Notes: a model not told the origin generated them from the sequence alone. A DNA stretch of 64,000 nt from Octopus vulgaris (GCA_951406725.2 OX597834.1:36270001-36334000), one strand, 5' to 3'. Positions 1 through 13,492 are shown, counted from the stretch's first letter. Made by a program: numbers and translations.

Positions 1-104
1 ATGATAATCACAGAGCGGACTAGATTGAAATGCAGGGCAGTATAGATATAAATATATTTTAAAGAATGTGTGTGTTTGTATAGGCATACATACATACACA
101 AATT

Positions 105-169
<65 letters not shown>

Positions 170-171
170 TC

Positions 172-576
172 TTTTTTACTCTTTTACTTGTTTCAGTCAT
201 TTGACTGCGGCCATGCTGGAGCACCGCCTTTAGTCGAGCAACTCGACCCCGGGACTTATTCTTTTTGTAAGCCCAGTACTTATTCTATCGGTCTCTTTTT
301 GCCGAACCGCTAAGTGACGGGGACGTAAACACACCAGCATCGGTTGTCAAGCAATGCTAGGGGAACAAACACAGACACACAAACACACACACATACATAT
401 ATATATATATACATATATACGACGGGCTTCTTTCAGTTTCCGTCTACCAAATCCACTCACAAGGCATTGGTCGGCCCGGGGCTATAGCAGAAGACACTTG
501 CCCAAGATGCCACGCAGTGGGACTGAACCCGGAACCATGTGGTTGGTTAGCAAGCTACTTACCACACAGCCACTCC

Positions 577-577
<1 letters not shown>
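172..577 (-). mobile_element. tRNA-derived SINE, family A, full length with internal (TA)n/(TG)n tract
   Basis: Minus-strand head ggagtggctgtgtggtaag...gggttcagtccc (A/B-box like) and tail ggcggtgctccagcatggccgcagtcaaatgactgaaacaagtaaaag. Near-identical copies recur through the window. Confidence 0.9.
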
Positions 578-608
<31 letters not shown>

Positions 609-813
609 TACGATTATACACGCTGTATATCATTAGATGTTCTTGTATTTCTTCATTTTTTGTGCGTGTTGGTTTTAATTGCACACTTCTTTGATTGTTT
701 TTGTTGCTATGTACTTTCACCCTTTATTTGGGTCACACTTTCCCGCTTGTTTGAATCGCTTTCTTTGATTGTTTGTCTACGCTTAATCATAATATTAACC
801 CATTATTTGAGTG

Positions 814-855
<42 letters not shown>

Positions 856-977
856 GCGCGTGTATGTAAGTTTACGTAAGGGAAGCAACCAATGCTATAG
901 TTCCTGACAGATAGCTTCCCTTTACTCGTTCAGGCCTTTCCTCCTCCTCCTCCTCCTCATCATCATCATCATTATCC

Positions 978-1062
978 TTTAACGTCCGTTTTTCATGCTG
1001 GCATGGGTTGGACGGTTTGACTAATCTCTGGAGAGCCAGCGGCTGCACCAAGCTCCAATCTA
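978..1062 (-). mobile_element. 3' end of an RTE-type LINE/SINE with (GAT)n tail
   Basis: Reverse complement of the 3' part of the 16225-16470 element (ccgtccaacccatgc...aaaacggacgttaa). Confidence 0.65.
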
Positions 1063-1407
1063 AGTCTTTGTTTTACCCGTTAGCGCACGAAATTTCGTTT
1101 GCACTTTCTTATAAACAAGATGACTGAGCTGTCATCAATATTTTCCCAACTACCTTTGAATAAGTGCGATATTGCTCGCAAGAAACTATTGATAGCTTAT
1201 TCAATGCAGTCTTCTAGTTAAGAAAAATATATTAATCCGCCTATGAGGTATTGGCCGCTTGCTTTCTAGTTTGAAACTTACGTTTACGTGTGTGTGTGTG
1301 TCCGTGACATTTAGATTGTAATGGTGATGCGTTCGAAATCGAGTAAAATTCTTCAATTTTATTTGCAGATATGCTTCGATATACCAAGACTGAAGTTTGG
1401 GACTTAC

Positions 1408-1562
1408 AAATTGTAAAGAACTATATCAGGATACCAAATGTTTTGCACGGGAATTCGGATATTTTCTTGGTTGTTGTATTCACTGGGCTTCCAATGAAAT
1501 CTGGCATCGTCCCAGGTTTTTGTGAGATATCCATGGATTTTAAATGTCATCGAATGTTCATC
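1408..1562 (-). CDS. Cys-loop/nAChR-like exon, beta2 to loop A: DEHSMTFKIHGYLTKTWDDARFHWKPSEYNNQENIRIPVQNIWYPDIVLYN
   Basis: Acceptor ttttttctttttcaatag, donor TT|gtaagt, 155 nt, phase 0 to phase 2, in frame with the 3939-4090 exon. Contains the hallmark W-x-D-x2-F-x-W-x-P-x-EY and IW-x-PDIVLYN motifs. Absent from the ORF track. Confidence 0.95.
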
Positions 1563-1620
1563 CTATTGAAAAAGAAAAAAGAAAGAAAGAAACAAACGTA
1601 GGAAGCATTGGTGATGAAAT

Positions 1621-1655
<35 letters not shown>

Positions 1656-1841
1656 AGACATGGATTTGGAGAAGGAGAAGAAGAACAAGTTGATGAAGGA
1701 ATGGGAAAGAGGGGAGAAGGTGAAGGAGTAGACAAAGAAGAAAAAGAGAACAAGAAAAGGAAGATGAGACGATGGCGTAGTAGTGTTAGTAGTGGTAGTA
1801 GTAGTAGTAGTACTAGTAGTAGTAGTAGTATTAGTAGTAGC

Positions 1842-1873
<32 letters not shown>

Positions 1874-2070
1874 CAGTGGTGGTGGTGGTGGTGGTCGTCG
1901 TCGTCGTCGTTGTCGTCGTGGTAGTGGTGAAGGTGGTTGTGGTGGTAGTGGTGATTGTAGTGGTTGTGGAAGAAGAAAAAGAAGAAGACACATATACATA
2001 CATACATGCATACATACATACATACATACATACATACATACATGCATACATACATACATACATACATACA

Positions 2071-2172
<102 letters not shown>

Positions 2173-2434
2173 AAAGCGAAATCCTGTCTGTCTGGGACCC
2201 CTATATCTCAGTCTAGATTTGCCCAACATATGCATATGAAACCCCTTTTGAACTCAGGATGATCCCAGGATTGAAAATCTGCCTTTCATTTGATTCTTGA
2301 ACATCCAACATTAGGTTTTGATTTAAAAGCATTTGGGTTGCTATTTCTAGCAGGGAAAGCGACCGGAAGTGGTACAAGAGTTACCACTCTTAGCTCTAAG
2401 TTTTACTGAAGAATTTGATTGTTCTTATATATTT

Positions 2435-2640
2435 TTACAGTCATTAGACTGCGGCCACTCTGGGGCACCGCCTTGAAGATTTTAATCGAACAAAGCGACA
2501 AAAATTGTTTCCTTTTTTATGCCTGGTACTTTTTTTATTGGCCTCTTTTTGTCGATGCGCTAGGTTACGTGAACGTAAACAGCAACATCAGTTATCAAGC
2601 GGTAGTGGTGATGGACAAATACAGACACAAAGTCACAATA
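2435..2640 (-). mobile_element. SINE family A, degenerate 3' half
   Basis: cagtcattagactgcggcc...ggcaccgcc and the downstream core match family A. Confidence 0.7.
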
Positions 2641-2664
2641 CACGCACGCACGCACGCACGTACG

Positions 2665-2707
<43 letters not shown>

Positions 2708-2970
2708 CTTCTGTTCCAATTTTAAAAGAACCCCCAAAATTTGTGAAGTTACAAGTTCTCCATTTAAACTGAATTTAAAGTAATACCATATTGGTAGGGT
2801 ACCAATAAATGCTTTATTATTATCACACCCTTTAGATGTGGGCCGCAGGCCAATTAGCCCCTTCGCAGGAACCCTCTTAAAAGTCCACAAGGAGTGCGTC
2901 ATTTAAGTAAGTATATATATATATATATATATATATATTTGAATATATATATATATATATATATATTTAC

Positions 2971-3008
<38 letters not shown>

Positions 3009-3015
3009 CTACTAC

Positions 3016-3354
<339 letters not shown>

Positions 3355-3523
3355 ATATATATATATACAAATATATAATGATTACGCTTAGATATAGTGG
3401 TACCAAAACTAGTTGCTTATAGCTCAACAGACTTATATATCACAGCAAATTAGTAATGTCCTGTACAGTGGCGAGGCTGTATAAATATTTTAGTTGTTTT
3501 CCGCTCCACTGGACTGTTATATA

Positions 3524-3747
3524 TTTCTTTATTGCCCACAAGGGGCTAACACAGAGGGGACAAACAAGGACAGACAAAGAGATTAAGTCGATTACATAGA
3601 CCCCAGTGCTTAACTGGTACTTGATTTATCGACCCCGAAAGGATGAAAGGCAAAGTCGACCTCGGCGGAATTTGAACTCACAACGTAACGGCAGACGAAA
3701 TACCGCTAAGCATTTCGCCCGGCGCGCTAACGTGTCTGCCAGCTCGC
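3524..3747 (-). mobile_element. SINE family B with a 15-bp target-site duplication
   Basis: Reverse complement of family B. ctggactgttatata flanks it at 3509-3523 and 3748-3762. Confidence 0.92.
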
Positions 3748-3816
3748 CTGGACTGTTATATAAACCAGCAAGTCATTAGAGAGAGAAGTGGAGAGAGAGG
3801 GAGAGGAAGAGAGGGA

Positions 3817-3855
<39 letters not shown>

Positions 3856-3938
3856 GGAGAGAGTACAGATTGACGGCTAAATTAGTGATACAAGAATTGG
3901 TAGTTACGGAGAGAGAGAGAGAGAAATAAAGAGGTTAC

Positions 3939-4090
3939 CAGGTCAACAGTATGTGGAGAAAGTTGCAAGTTAACGAGAACAGGTCCGTTGACGGAAGGTC
4001 TGACGTGTCGGTTGTAATTGGTGAGGAGGGTATGGTACAAATGTCCTTCTGTTTCAATCAACGTTAAATTCGGTTTTGTCTTCAGCCATT
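3939..4090 (-). CDS. Cys-loop ligand-gated ion channel (nAChR-like) exon, N-terminal helix to beta1: (E)WLKTKPNLTLIETEGHLYHTLLTNYNRHVRPSVNGPVLVNLQLSPHTVDL
   Basis: Acceptor tttattttacaacag, donor CTG|gtaacc, 152 nt, phase 1 to phase 0. The L-x3-LL-x2-Y-x4-RP and PV-x-V pattern is typical of nAChR-family N-termini. Confidence 0.9.
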
Positions 4091-4187
4091 CTGTTGTAAA
4101 ATAAATAAATAAATAAATAAACAAACAAACAAACTATACAGTATGACATTAAGAGATACACTTTTATATTTTAAACATACATACATA

Positions 4188-4245
<58 letters not shown>

Positions 4246-4247
<2 letters not shown>

Positions 4248-4448
4248 TAATAAAAAGGGTTCAGCAAAAGAATTGCGTCGCCGCATACCGAAGTTCAGAA
4301 ATAGCAGCCAAAATCTTAGCCATTTCTTCCACTTTAAAAAGGGTCTTTATTAGTATTACTAAAATTTACCGTGTTAGCGGTCCTGTTTTCATACCGAATC
4401 CTACTTGGTGAAATTTATTGATTACTTCTTAATTAATTAATTTTACCC

Positions 4449-4537
<89 letters not shown>

Positions 4538-5012
4538 TATATATATCCAATTGTATGAAAACATCTCCAATGTATGAAACTGGAGATTTTTTCAACAATC
4601 TTAGTATGCCACGAGGTTTCCAGACATGAGTTCTACTCACGTGTCAAATAAAGTAAAAAAAAAAGTGATATTGTCTGCAAAAATTAAAAATTGGGCACAT
4701 GAAAAAATCAATATTCAAAGTAATCGGAAATTGAAAATAAAATGGCTTATTTCCCTTGAATGTTAAAAAAAAATATTGTGCAGGTGGTATGGGTTATTTC
4801 CCTTGGGTGTTTGAAAAAAAAATTAGTTATATGAGGTAGATATAAAGGTCCCTTCCAGGGGCCGTATTATCTATTTTTTCAGCAATCTAAGTATGTCACA
4901 AGGTTTCCAGACATGTGTTCTCACGTGTCAAGTTCCATCAAAATCAATAAAATGATTTTGGAGTTAAATAACAACGCTACAAACAAACACACACCGATTT
5001 TCCACATATATA

Positions 5013-5015
<3 letters not shown>
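4246..5015 (-). mobile_element. Helitron/Helentron-like non-autonomous element, interrupted by (TTA)n(TA)n
   Basis: Inserted in TA repeats. It has an internal direct repeat (about 4597-4650 and 4883-4930) and the same end architecture as 16655-16945 and 45146-45541 (TTAG/CTAG-like end at one side, GTTT/GTCT-rich subterminus at the other). Confidence 0.45.
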
Positions 5016-5067
<52 letters not shown>

Positions 5068-5071
<4 letters not shown>

Positions 5072-5291
5072 GTTGGTGCATAATTATTGCGGGGCTTTTT
5101 TCAGCAAATTTCATTCAACAAAAAATAACAAAATGTAACAAAAACATATTTAAATGATTATTCCGGAGCATATTCACCATCTACTTCAATTACTGCTTCC
5201 CATTTGCTTGGAAAACGGTCAGACCGTCATTTAAAGACATTTTTGTTAAGTATTGTTGTTGAAAAAAAGCAGCAATAATTATGCACCAACC

Positions 5292-5294
<3 letters not shown>
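5068..5294. mobile_element. Mariner-derived MITE in a (TA)n tract
   Basis: TIRs TTGGGTTGGTGCATAATTATTGC and GCAATAATTATGCACCAACCCAA with TA flanks. The minus strand retains a transposase C-terminus (DRFPSKWEAVIEVDGEYAPE*). Confidence 0.9.
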
Positions 5295-5367
<73 letters not shown>

Positions 5368-6224
5368 ATCATTTTCTCTTTCTCTTTTTCGTTCTATCGT
5401 TCATTCATTCCACCATTCTTTCTCCTTTCTCCTTTCTCCTTTCTCCTTTCTCCTTTCCCTCTCTCGTTTTCTTTCAGAATATACGCACAGAGAAAGAAAG
5501 AAAAGCGGAGGGAGAGAAGAACGAGAAAAACAGAACAAATAGAACGAGAGCAAGAGAGACAGATAGATAGGTGTATATATATATATATGTGAGTGTATGT
5601 ATGTATGTGTGAGTATGTGTGTGTATGTGTGTGTGTGTGTGTACTTACATGCATACCTAAGGATGTATATGTATACATGTGTATATGTGGTGAGCAGAGA
5701 GGAGGGGAAATGCCAAGTCTTCGTGAACCGTTACCAATGAGATAACAAGGCATTTTTTGTGGTTTCTCCTTCGAGATTTCTAGACACGACACCACACCCC
5801 TCTTCCGGTCCCGCACACCTCCATTTCACCTGCTCCGCATCTCCTGCACCCCTTTTCACCACACCCGCTCCTTGTCTTCTGTGCACCTCCATCACACCCG
5901 CTTCTTCACATCTCTGGTGACGGTGGTGGGAGTGGGGATGGTCATGATGACGGTGGTGGTGGAGGGGAAGATGACGGCGGTATTAATGGTGGAGGTGGTG
6001 ATAGTGATCGTGATGGCGGCGGTGGCGTTGGCGGTGGTGGCGGTGGTAGAATCTGGTGGTGGTAACAGTGCTGATTGTGGTGGTGGCGGTGGTGGTAGGC
6101 TACGGTGGTGGTGGTGTAGCGGTGATTACTTCTCTTTCACCATATCTGCTCCAACGTCATCATCACCACAACTGTCACCACCACACTTCTTCCACGGAGT
6201 AGAGGAGGAGGAAGCAGAAGAAGG

Positions 6225-6257
<33 letters not shown>

Positions 6258-6494
6258 AAGAAGAAGAAGAAGAAGAAGAAGAAGAAGAAGAAGAAAAGGG
6301 GAAGATGATGATGAGGAGGAGGAGGAGAAGGGGAGATTATATATCGCAATCGTTTCATTCAGTCGATCCTTCGGTTGACTGACCGTGTCAGCAGATGGAA
6401 AAGAAATAATTGTAAATGGTTTAAGCGGTGTGAATCATGGTTGGTTCGTGATTGTACAGTTAATGAGTAAATATTTATTGTTAGACTCAATAAC

Positions 6495-6804
6495 ACTCCG
6501 GACTAAATGCTTAGCGGCATTTCTTTCAGTTTTACGTTCTTAGTTCAAAACTTAGCCAAGGTACTCTTTGCTATTCATCGTTTCAGAGCCGATGAAATAA
6601 ATACTGCCAGTCGACTAGACCCTCATCCAAAATTTCGGGTTTTGTGCTTATATCAGAAATCATTATTATTATTATTATTATTGTTATTATTATTATTATT
6701 ATTATTGTTGTTGTTGTTGTTGTTGTTGCTGTTGTTGTTGTTGCTGTTGTTGTTGTTCTTATTCTTGTTATTGTTCTCGTTTTTATTATCATCATCATCC
6801 TCAT

Positions 6805-6855
<51 letters not shown>

Positions 6856-6862
6856 CAGCAGT

Positions 6863-6926
<64 letters not shown>

Positions 6927-7125
6927 ACCCTAGCAGAATCGTTAGCACACCGAACAAAATACTTAGCCGCATTTCGTCTGTCTTTAGGCTCTACCGAGTC
7001 AACTTTGCATTTCATCCCATACGAGGTTGATTAAATAAGTACCAGTTGAATATTAGAATCGATGTAATCGACTTGCCGCCGTCCCCGAAAATTTCGGGTG
7101 TTATGCTCACAGTAGAACGGATTAT
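6495..7125 (+). mobile_element. Two degenerate SINE family B copies (about 6495-6660 and 6930-7125) separated by (TTA)/(TTG)/(TAG)n repeats
   Basis: aaatgcttagcggcattt..., ttttcatcc...ttgattaaataagtaccagttg...gatgtaatcgactt. Confidence 0.7.
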
Positions 7126-7781
7126 TGTACAATAGTTAAAATTTACTGAAATCACATTTCTTCAAGTTTCATGCTTAGAGAAACAATTTCACTTCTGAAA
7201 CGTTACATCGGTATGATAGAAGGTTATTTCAAGAACCGCACTTCCTGTTTTTTTAGGAATGACGATAAAAGAAATGCTACCGCATAATCTAGCGATGTAT
7301 AATTTTGGTTCCGCGCATTTCGAACTCTGCAGCACTGAAAAAGGCGACACATCTTGACCAATTCAACTAATTATGCCTTATATTTAAATGAAAACTCTGA
7401 CAATTTTTCAAAGAGTTGCACCGAAAATGAGTTTTATCAAATAAACTATAACATAATTTTTGTATATAATTATGTTAATGATCATAAATTTCGATATCAG
7501 GTGGGAGATTTATAACGTACTGGATGTGTACAATATGCTCTCCCAAGATATTACATTAACATCATAGTATCACAGAACTCCCGATGTTCGTCAGAGTTCA
7601 TATTAGCAATCTAACTCCACGTGTTATTTAGGACGACATTATACTTGTCTGTTATCATATTTTATATATCTACAGTACAATGTATAAAAATCAATGCTTG
7701 TATCTGATATATTTACTTCTAAACGTCAATACTGTAGGATTCATATAAGAAGTCGATCTGGAATTTAACTGTAACCATGTG

Positions 7782-7821
<40 letters not shown>

Positions 7822-8063
7822 TTTGCGGAAGAAATATCTGCGGTTTGCCTTTCTTGGCATGAAATTTAAAGTAATTATTATTTAACTATTGTTGTACACT
7901 ATGTATGTATATGTGTATGTATGTATGTATGAATGTATGTATTATGTATGAATGTATACATGGATGTATGAATGTATGTATGTATACATGTATACATATA
8001 TGTATATATAGTGAGAATTAGCATGCGTAATAAAGTCAACAGACAACACATTTTCATATATAA

Positions 8064-8236
8064 TAGTGTACAAACAATTAAGTATTTATACATGAAAGAG
8101 GTGACCTTTGACAGAACACCTTATATACTAGAAAGGGCACTCAAAACCCTGGGTTTTGACTGCCCTTTCCAGCATGTAAGGTGTCCTGTCAAAGGCCATC
8201 TCTTTCGTGTATAAATACTTAATGGTTTGTACACTA
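8064..8236. repeat. Foldback palindrome / MITE-like element with about 85-bp imperfect arms
   Basis: tagtgtacaaacaattaagtatttatac...aaaaccc-t-gggtttt...gtataaatacttaatggtttgtacacta. Confidence 0.85.
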
Positions 8237-8742
8237 CTATGTATATGTGTGTGTGTGTGTGTGTGTGTAAACACACTCATATATGAATCTATGTATGTAT
8301 GTATGCAGATATATATATTTGAATTTATGAGTGTGTATATTATATGCGCGCGAGCACGCATACACATATGCACACTAATGCACGTGCATGCGAGCATATA
8401 TACCCCTACACTTCCCATCTGCTAAGATTGTTCTGCTTTTTGGCATTTGGTTTTGAAATTATCAATGTCTTTCAGGAAACACTTCAGCGGTGAATAATAA
8501 GGAAAAGAGAAAAAAAACAAAAGACAGGACAACCAAAAACACCAATAACAAAAGCAACAACGACGACGACGACGATGATGATGATGGTGATGATGAAGAT
8601 GATGATGACGATGACGACGACGATGATGATGATGATGATGATGATGAAGATGGTGATGATAATAATAATAATAATGATAATGATATTGATGATGATGATG
8701 ATGATGATGATGTTGATGATAATAATAATAATAATGATGATA

Positions 8743-8816
<74 letters not shown>

Positions 8817-8936
8817 AAATAATCGGCGCATTAAAACGGCGACTAAATCTCCAGCCCGCAGAAGACCTAAAGAATGGTAACCCCACCCACATCTGAACAT
8901 GAAGAAAAGAAAATACCAACAGCAACAACAACAGTG

Positions 8937-8992
<56 letters not shown>

Positions 8993-8993
<1 letters not shown>

Positions 8994-9467
8994 TCTTGGT
9001 ATAAAAGATGGGCTACAGGAAATATTCTGCTCAATACCACAGATTTGCTTGTCAGTTGTTTGACCTTAACCAGCTGAGCATGTCCCTTAGTGGCTGACGA
9101 TATGTGCATCTCTGATCACGAGCAGAAGTAGTGGGGGAGCATCATAGCCATGTGTTGAGAGGGATTCTTTGGGGTTTGAATAGTTCACCTCTGGAAACAT
9201 GGGTGGTTCTTTCAACATCCTTAAACAACCCTTATTCAGGGATCTTTTGAGCGGGATGGGCTACTCAACCTGAAGAAAATTCTAACTGGGCCCCACCTGC
9301 AAGGTCATGTGCTGTTTATCTTGATATCAGATCACTATGTTGCGCACATATGATTGTGATGCATGTGCCTGGTGTACCGTTATCAGACGGGTTGTCATGA
9401 TGGGTATACTGGGCTTCGTATATTTTACCCTAGTGTCACTTTGATGGCAAGCACTGTTCTCTCACTC
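8993..9467 (+). mobile_element. About 475-bp interspersed element embedded in (AAT)n, probably a non-LTR 3' UTR
   Basis: Complex sequence flanked directly on both sides by AAT repeats, with no convincing ORF. Confidence 0.55.
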
Positions 9468-10040
<573 letters not shown>

Positions 10041-10529
10041 ATGACAACAAAGAGAGACAATAACAACTGCGTCACGAAGAAACAGCGAAGAGACAAAAGT
10101 AACAGCAACAACAACAACAACAACAACAACAGCGACGACAATAACGATAAGAAAACCATCTGCAATGTGAAGGTTACGTTTTAGTTCGTGTGAGATGTTG
10201 GCCAGAGTTTATAGGAGAAAGGGGTGACATAGGGGTAGCTAAGGATGAGCACGGGTGCTAGTGTTTGCCTGTGTACGTGTGTATGTGTGTGAGTATGTGT
10301 GTGTGTGTCTGTCTGTCTGTCTGCCTGCTTCTCTCTCTTTCTCTCTCTCTCTCTCTCCCTTGTTTCTCTCTCCCTCCCTTCTCTGCCTTCCTTCTTTCTC
10401 TATCTCTTTCTCTTTCATACCTTTCTATCTCTCTCTTTCAAAGCCTTTCTCTTTCACTCTCATTCCCTTTTCATGTATTCCTCTTCCTCTCTTTCTCCGT
10501 CTCTCTCTCTTTCATACTCTCTCTCTTTC

Positions 10530-10560
<31 letters not shown>

Positions 10561-11345
10561 TTCATACTTCTCTATATTTCTCTCTCTCTCCCTCTCTCTG
10601 TCTCCCCCTCTCTCTGTCTCTCCCTCTCTCTGTCTCTCCCTCTCTCTGTCTCCCCCTCTCTCTGTCTCTCCCTCTCTCTGTCTTTTCTTCTCTCTCTTTC
10701 ATATCTCTCTCCCTTACTCTGTCTCTGTCTGTCTGTCTTTCTCTCTCTATCTCTCTCTCCCTCTCTCAACCGTTGCCTGATATACATACTGTAAATTTTA
10801 TTCTCTTGCCGAAGGCATCGCCCTTATGGGAAATCTTTTCTATCTATACCACCATCACCACTACCACCACCACCACTACTATCAGTACCACCACTACTAT
10901 CACTACTACCGCCATCATCACCACCAGCACCATCACCACCATCTCTACCATCACCATCATCATCACCACTACTAACACCATGAACATCACCGCCACTACC
11001 ACAACCATCACCGCCACAAATATGGCCTCCCTAAATCATGTTGACACCTCGGTTTCCATCTGAGTGGTCCTTTAGTCTAAAGCGAGTATCGTTTTACAAA
11101 GCCTAAATCTTAGTTGTTGTTGTTGTTGTTGTTCTTCTTCTTCTTCTTCTTCTTCTTCTTCTTGTTCTTGTTCTTGTTCTTGTTCTTCTTCTTCTTCTTG
11201 TTTTTAGATCTGCTGGTGCCATTATTTGGGATTTTGGTGGAGTGGGGTATCTTGGGGAGAACCCGAGATTGTTTCAATGGGCCTTGTTTGCTGTTTTTGA
11301 ATAAAATGCTTTAAGAAAACTGTCAAACTCTTCTATACAGATGCC

Positions 11346-11510
11346 TATTTCTTTATTACCCACAAGGGGCTAAACATAGAGGGGACAAACAAGGACAGAC
11401 ATAGGTATTAAGTCGATTACATCGACCCCAGTGCGTAACTGGCACTTTAATTTATCGACCCCGAAAGGATGAAAGGCAAAGTCGACCTCGGCGGAATTTG
11501 AACTCAGAAT
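11346..11510 (-). mobile_element. SINE family B, 5'-truncated
   Basis: tatttctttattacccacaagggg...gtcgacctcggcggaatttgaactcagaa. Confidence 0.88.
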
Positions 11511-11713
11511 GTAGAGCAAACGTTCCCATGTACAGACAAATATATACACAGTGGTACTGTATACACACTTATATGTACATGCATACACACATACATACAT
11601 ACATACATACATACATACATACATACATACATACATACATACATACATACATACATACATACATACATACACACATACAAATATATATATTGATTATATT
11701 TTAGATATTTAAA

Positions 11714-11776
11714 CCACCTGATGAATGACTGCGACTCAAAAATTTGAAGACTGCAGGCAGGAAACGATCGTAGTGG
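11714..11776 (+). ncRNA. Type I hammerhead ribozyme-like motif (Penelope pLTR type)
   Basis: ccac-CTGATGA-[aTGaCTGC...GCAGgCAg]-GAAA-CGATCG-TA-gtgg: stem I ccac/gtgg, intact core, palindromic stem III. Stem II has two mismatches. Confidence 0.7.
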
Positions 11777-11919
11777 GATATTAATTATATTTTTTGATAA
11801 TTTTGTTACATATTTAAATAATATAAATTAATCATATGTATTGGCTTATGTCTTTCATTGTTTGATTTGCCTAATAGTGGTTTTGTCTCTAATTTAATAT
11901 AATATATATATATATATAT

Positions 11920-12365
11920 GTAAGGGTCCTTGTATCTTTGTTAGAAACCGGGACCCTTCTCATTGGAAGATTTATAATAATTAGAAAATAGCAGAGACAT
12001 TCATACAGACAGACATGCAGACATGCAGGCAAACAGACAGACAAAAATGCCCTGTTGATGTTATTGAAATTTTAATGAAGGACACTTGGATCTAGGTTCG
12101 AAACCGGCTCTTTCTCTACTGGCAAGAAATCTTGAAATAAAACTGAATAATGACATACATACATACATACATACATACATACATACATACATACATACAT
12201 ACATACATACATACGTACGAAGACTACAGATCCAATCCATCTCTGGAACTGTAATAATCTGTAAAACTTTTCAGAAGTTTATCATTTAAGTGTATATTAA
12301 AATGTTTAGATATGCGAGTATATGCATGACAAGACACACATGAGACAAAGCATACAAATATGCAC
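11920..12365 (+). mobile_element. Three 3' fragments of an RLE (R4/Dong-like) LINE family
   Basis: 11920-12000 matches the 3' UTR at 13115-13191. 12050-12152 matches 41950-42056 and 48598-48697. 12216-12290 encodes RLQIQSISGTVIICKTFQKFII*, homologous to the C-terminus of the 12771 copy. Confidence 0.7.
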
Positions 12366-12770
12366 ACATACATACATACATAATACATACATACATACAT
12401 ACATACATACATACATACATACATACATGCATGCATGCATACATACATACATACATACACATACGTACATACATACATACATACATACATACATAATACA
12501 CACACACACATACATACATGCACACATACACACATACATACACACATACATACACACATACATACACACACATACATACACACATACATACACACACACA
12601 CACATACATACATACACATACATACATACATACACATACATACATACATACATACACATACATACATACATACATACATACATACATACATACATACATA
12701 CATACATACATACATACATACATACATACATACATACATACATACATACATACATACATACATACATACA

Positions 12771-13191
12771 TGCGTACAGGACAAAGGTATGTACCATCAT
12801 AGAGGTTAGCTGCCCTGCAGATATAAACACCTCTTTGAAAATCAAAGAAAAAGAGGATATCTAGGGACAACTACTTTGAACCCCAGCTTCTATATCCAGA
12901 CAATGAATTCATATTCATACCGATAATAATTGGAGCACTAGGTTTTGTTAGTAAATGCTTAAAGAAGAATCTGGATAAACTGGGATTCTCAGAAAGAGAA
13001 ATCGACCGGCTGATTCGTACATTACAAGTGCAATCTGTGAGTGGAACAGTAAAAATATGCAACACTTTTCTCAAGGTCCAAATGTGAATTTGTCTGTGTT
13101 AACTACATCCCAAAGATGGAGCCTTGTATTTTTGTTGGAAACTGGCTACTTCCTCAGTGGAAGATTCATAATAATTAAAAAATAGTAGAGA
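12771..13191 (+). mobile_element. 5'-truncated non-LTR retrotransposon with a restriction-like endonuclease C-terminus (R4/Dong/NeSL type), inserted in (CATA)n
   Basis: Decayed frame KVCTIIEVSCPADIN...KEKEDI*GQLL...YPDNEFIFIPIIIGALGFVSKCLKKNLDKLG...LQVQSVSGTVKICNTF. CATA repeats at both junctions. Confidence 0.8.
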
Positions 13192-13254
13192 CATACATAC
13201 ATACTTTCATCCATCCATCCATCAATACATACATACATACATACAAAGATGAAG

Positions 13255-13440
13255 ATAGGTGAGGGAACAACAAGCAGGTGTATCAGTTTGACGCTTAGGA
13301 AGAATGGTAAAGTCTTTGATGTTTCAAACCTATGCTCTTCGACAGAAAGGATTGATAGGGAAAAAATGGAGAAAAAAACAAAAACAAAACAGAGAAAGAA
13401 AAATATGTGTAGGAATTAACGGCTTCACGTGATAAAATGA

Positions 13441-13443
<3 letters not shown>
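13255..13443 (-). mobile_element. Penelope-like pLTR family D copy with a decayed hammerhead motif (13314-13349)
   Basis: Minus strand cctttCTGTCGAAGAGCATAGGTTTGAAACATCaaag, homologous to the copies at 31780, 37495 and 39880. Confidence 0.6.

Positions 13444-13492
<49 letters not shown>

Noticed and set aside
865-936. Hammerhead-like arrangement on the minus strand (CTGAACGA...GTAAA around a gggaagc/gcttccc stem)
   Set aside because: Both core segments need insertions, and no stem I or stem III forms.
1281-1400. Next receptor exon just downstream of 1408 (ends at a gtaagt)
   Set aside because: The intron would be implausibly short and no Cys-loop motif is encoded. The next exon lies outside the window.
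5735-5753. Alternative first exon MPCYLI-G|gtaacg (phase 1) near receptor exon 2
   Set aside because: Phase-compatible, but it gives no signal peptide and has an upstream in-frame stop. The 55473-55557 exon is much stronger; not excluded as a minor isoform.
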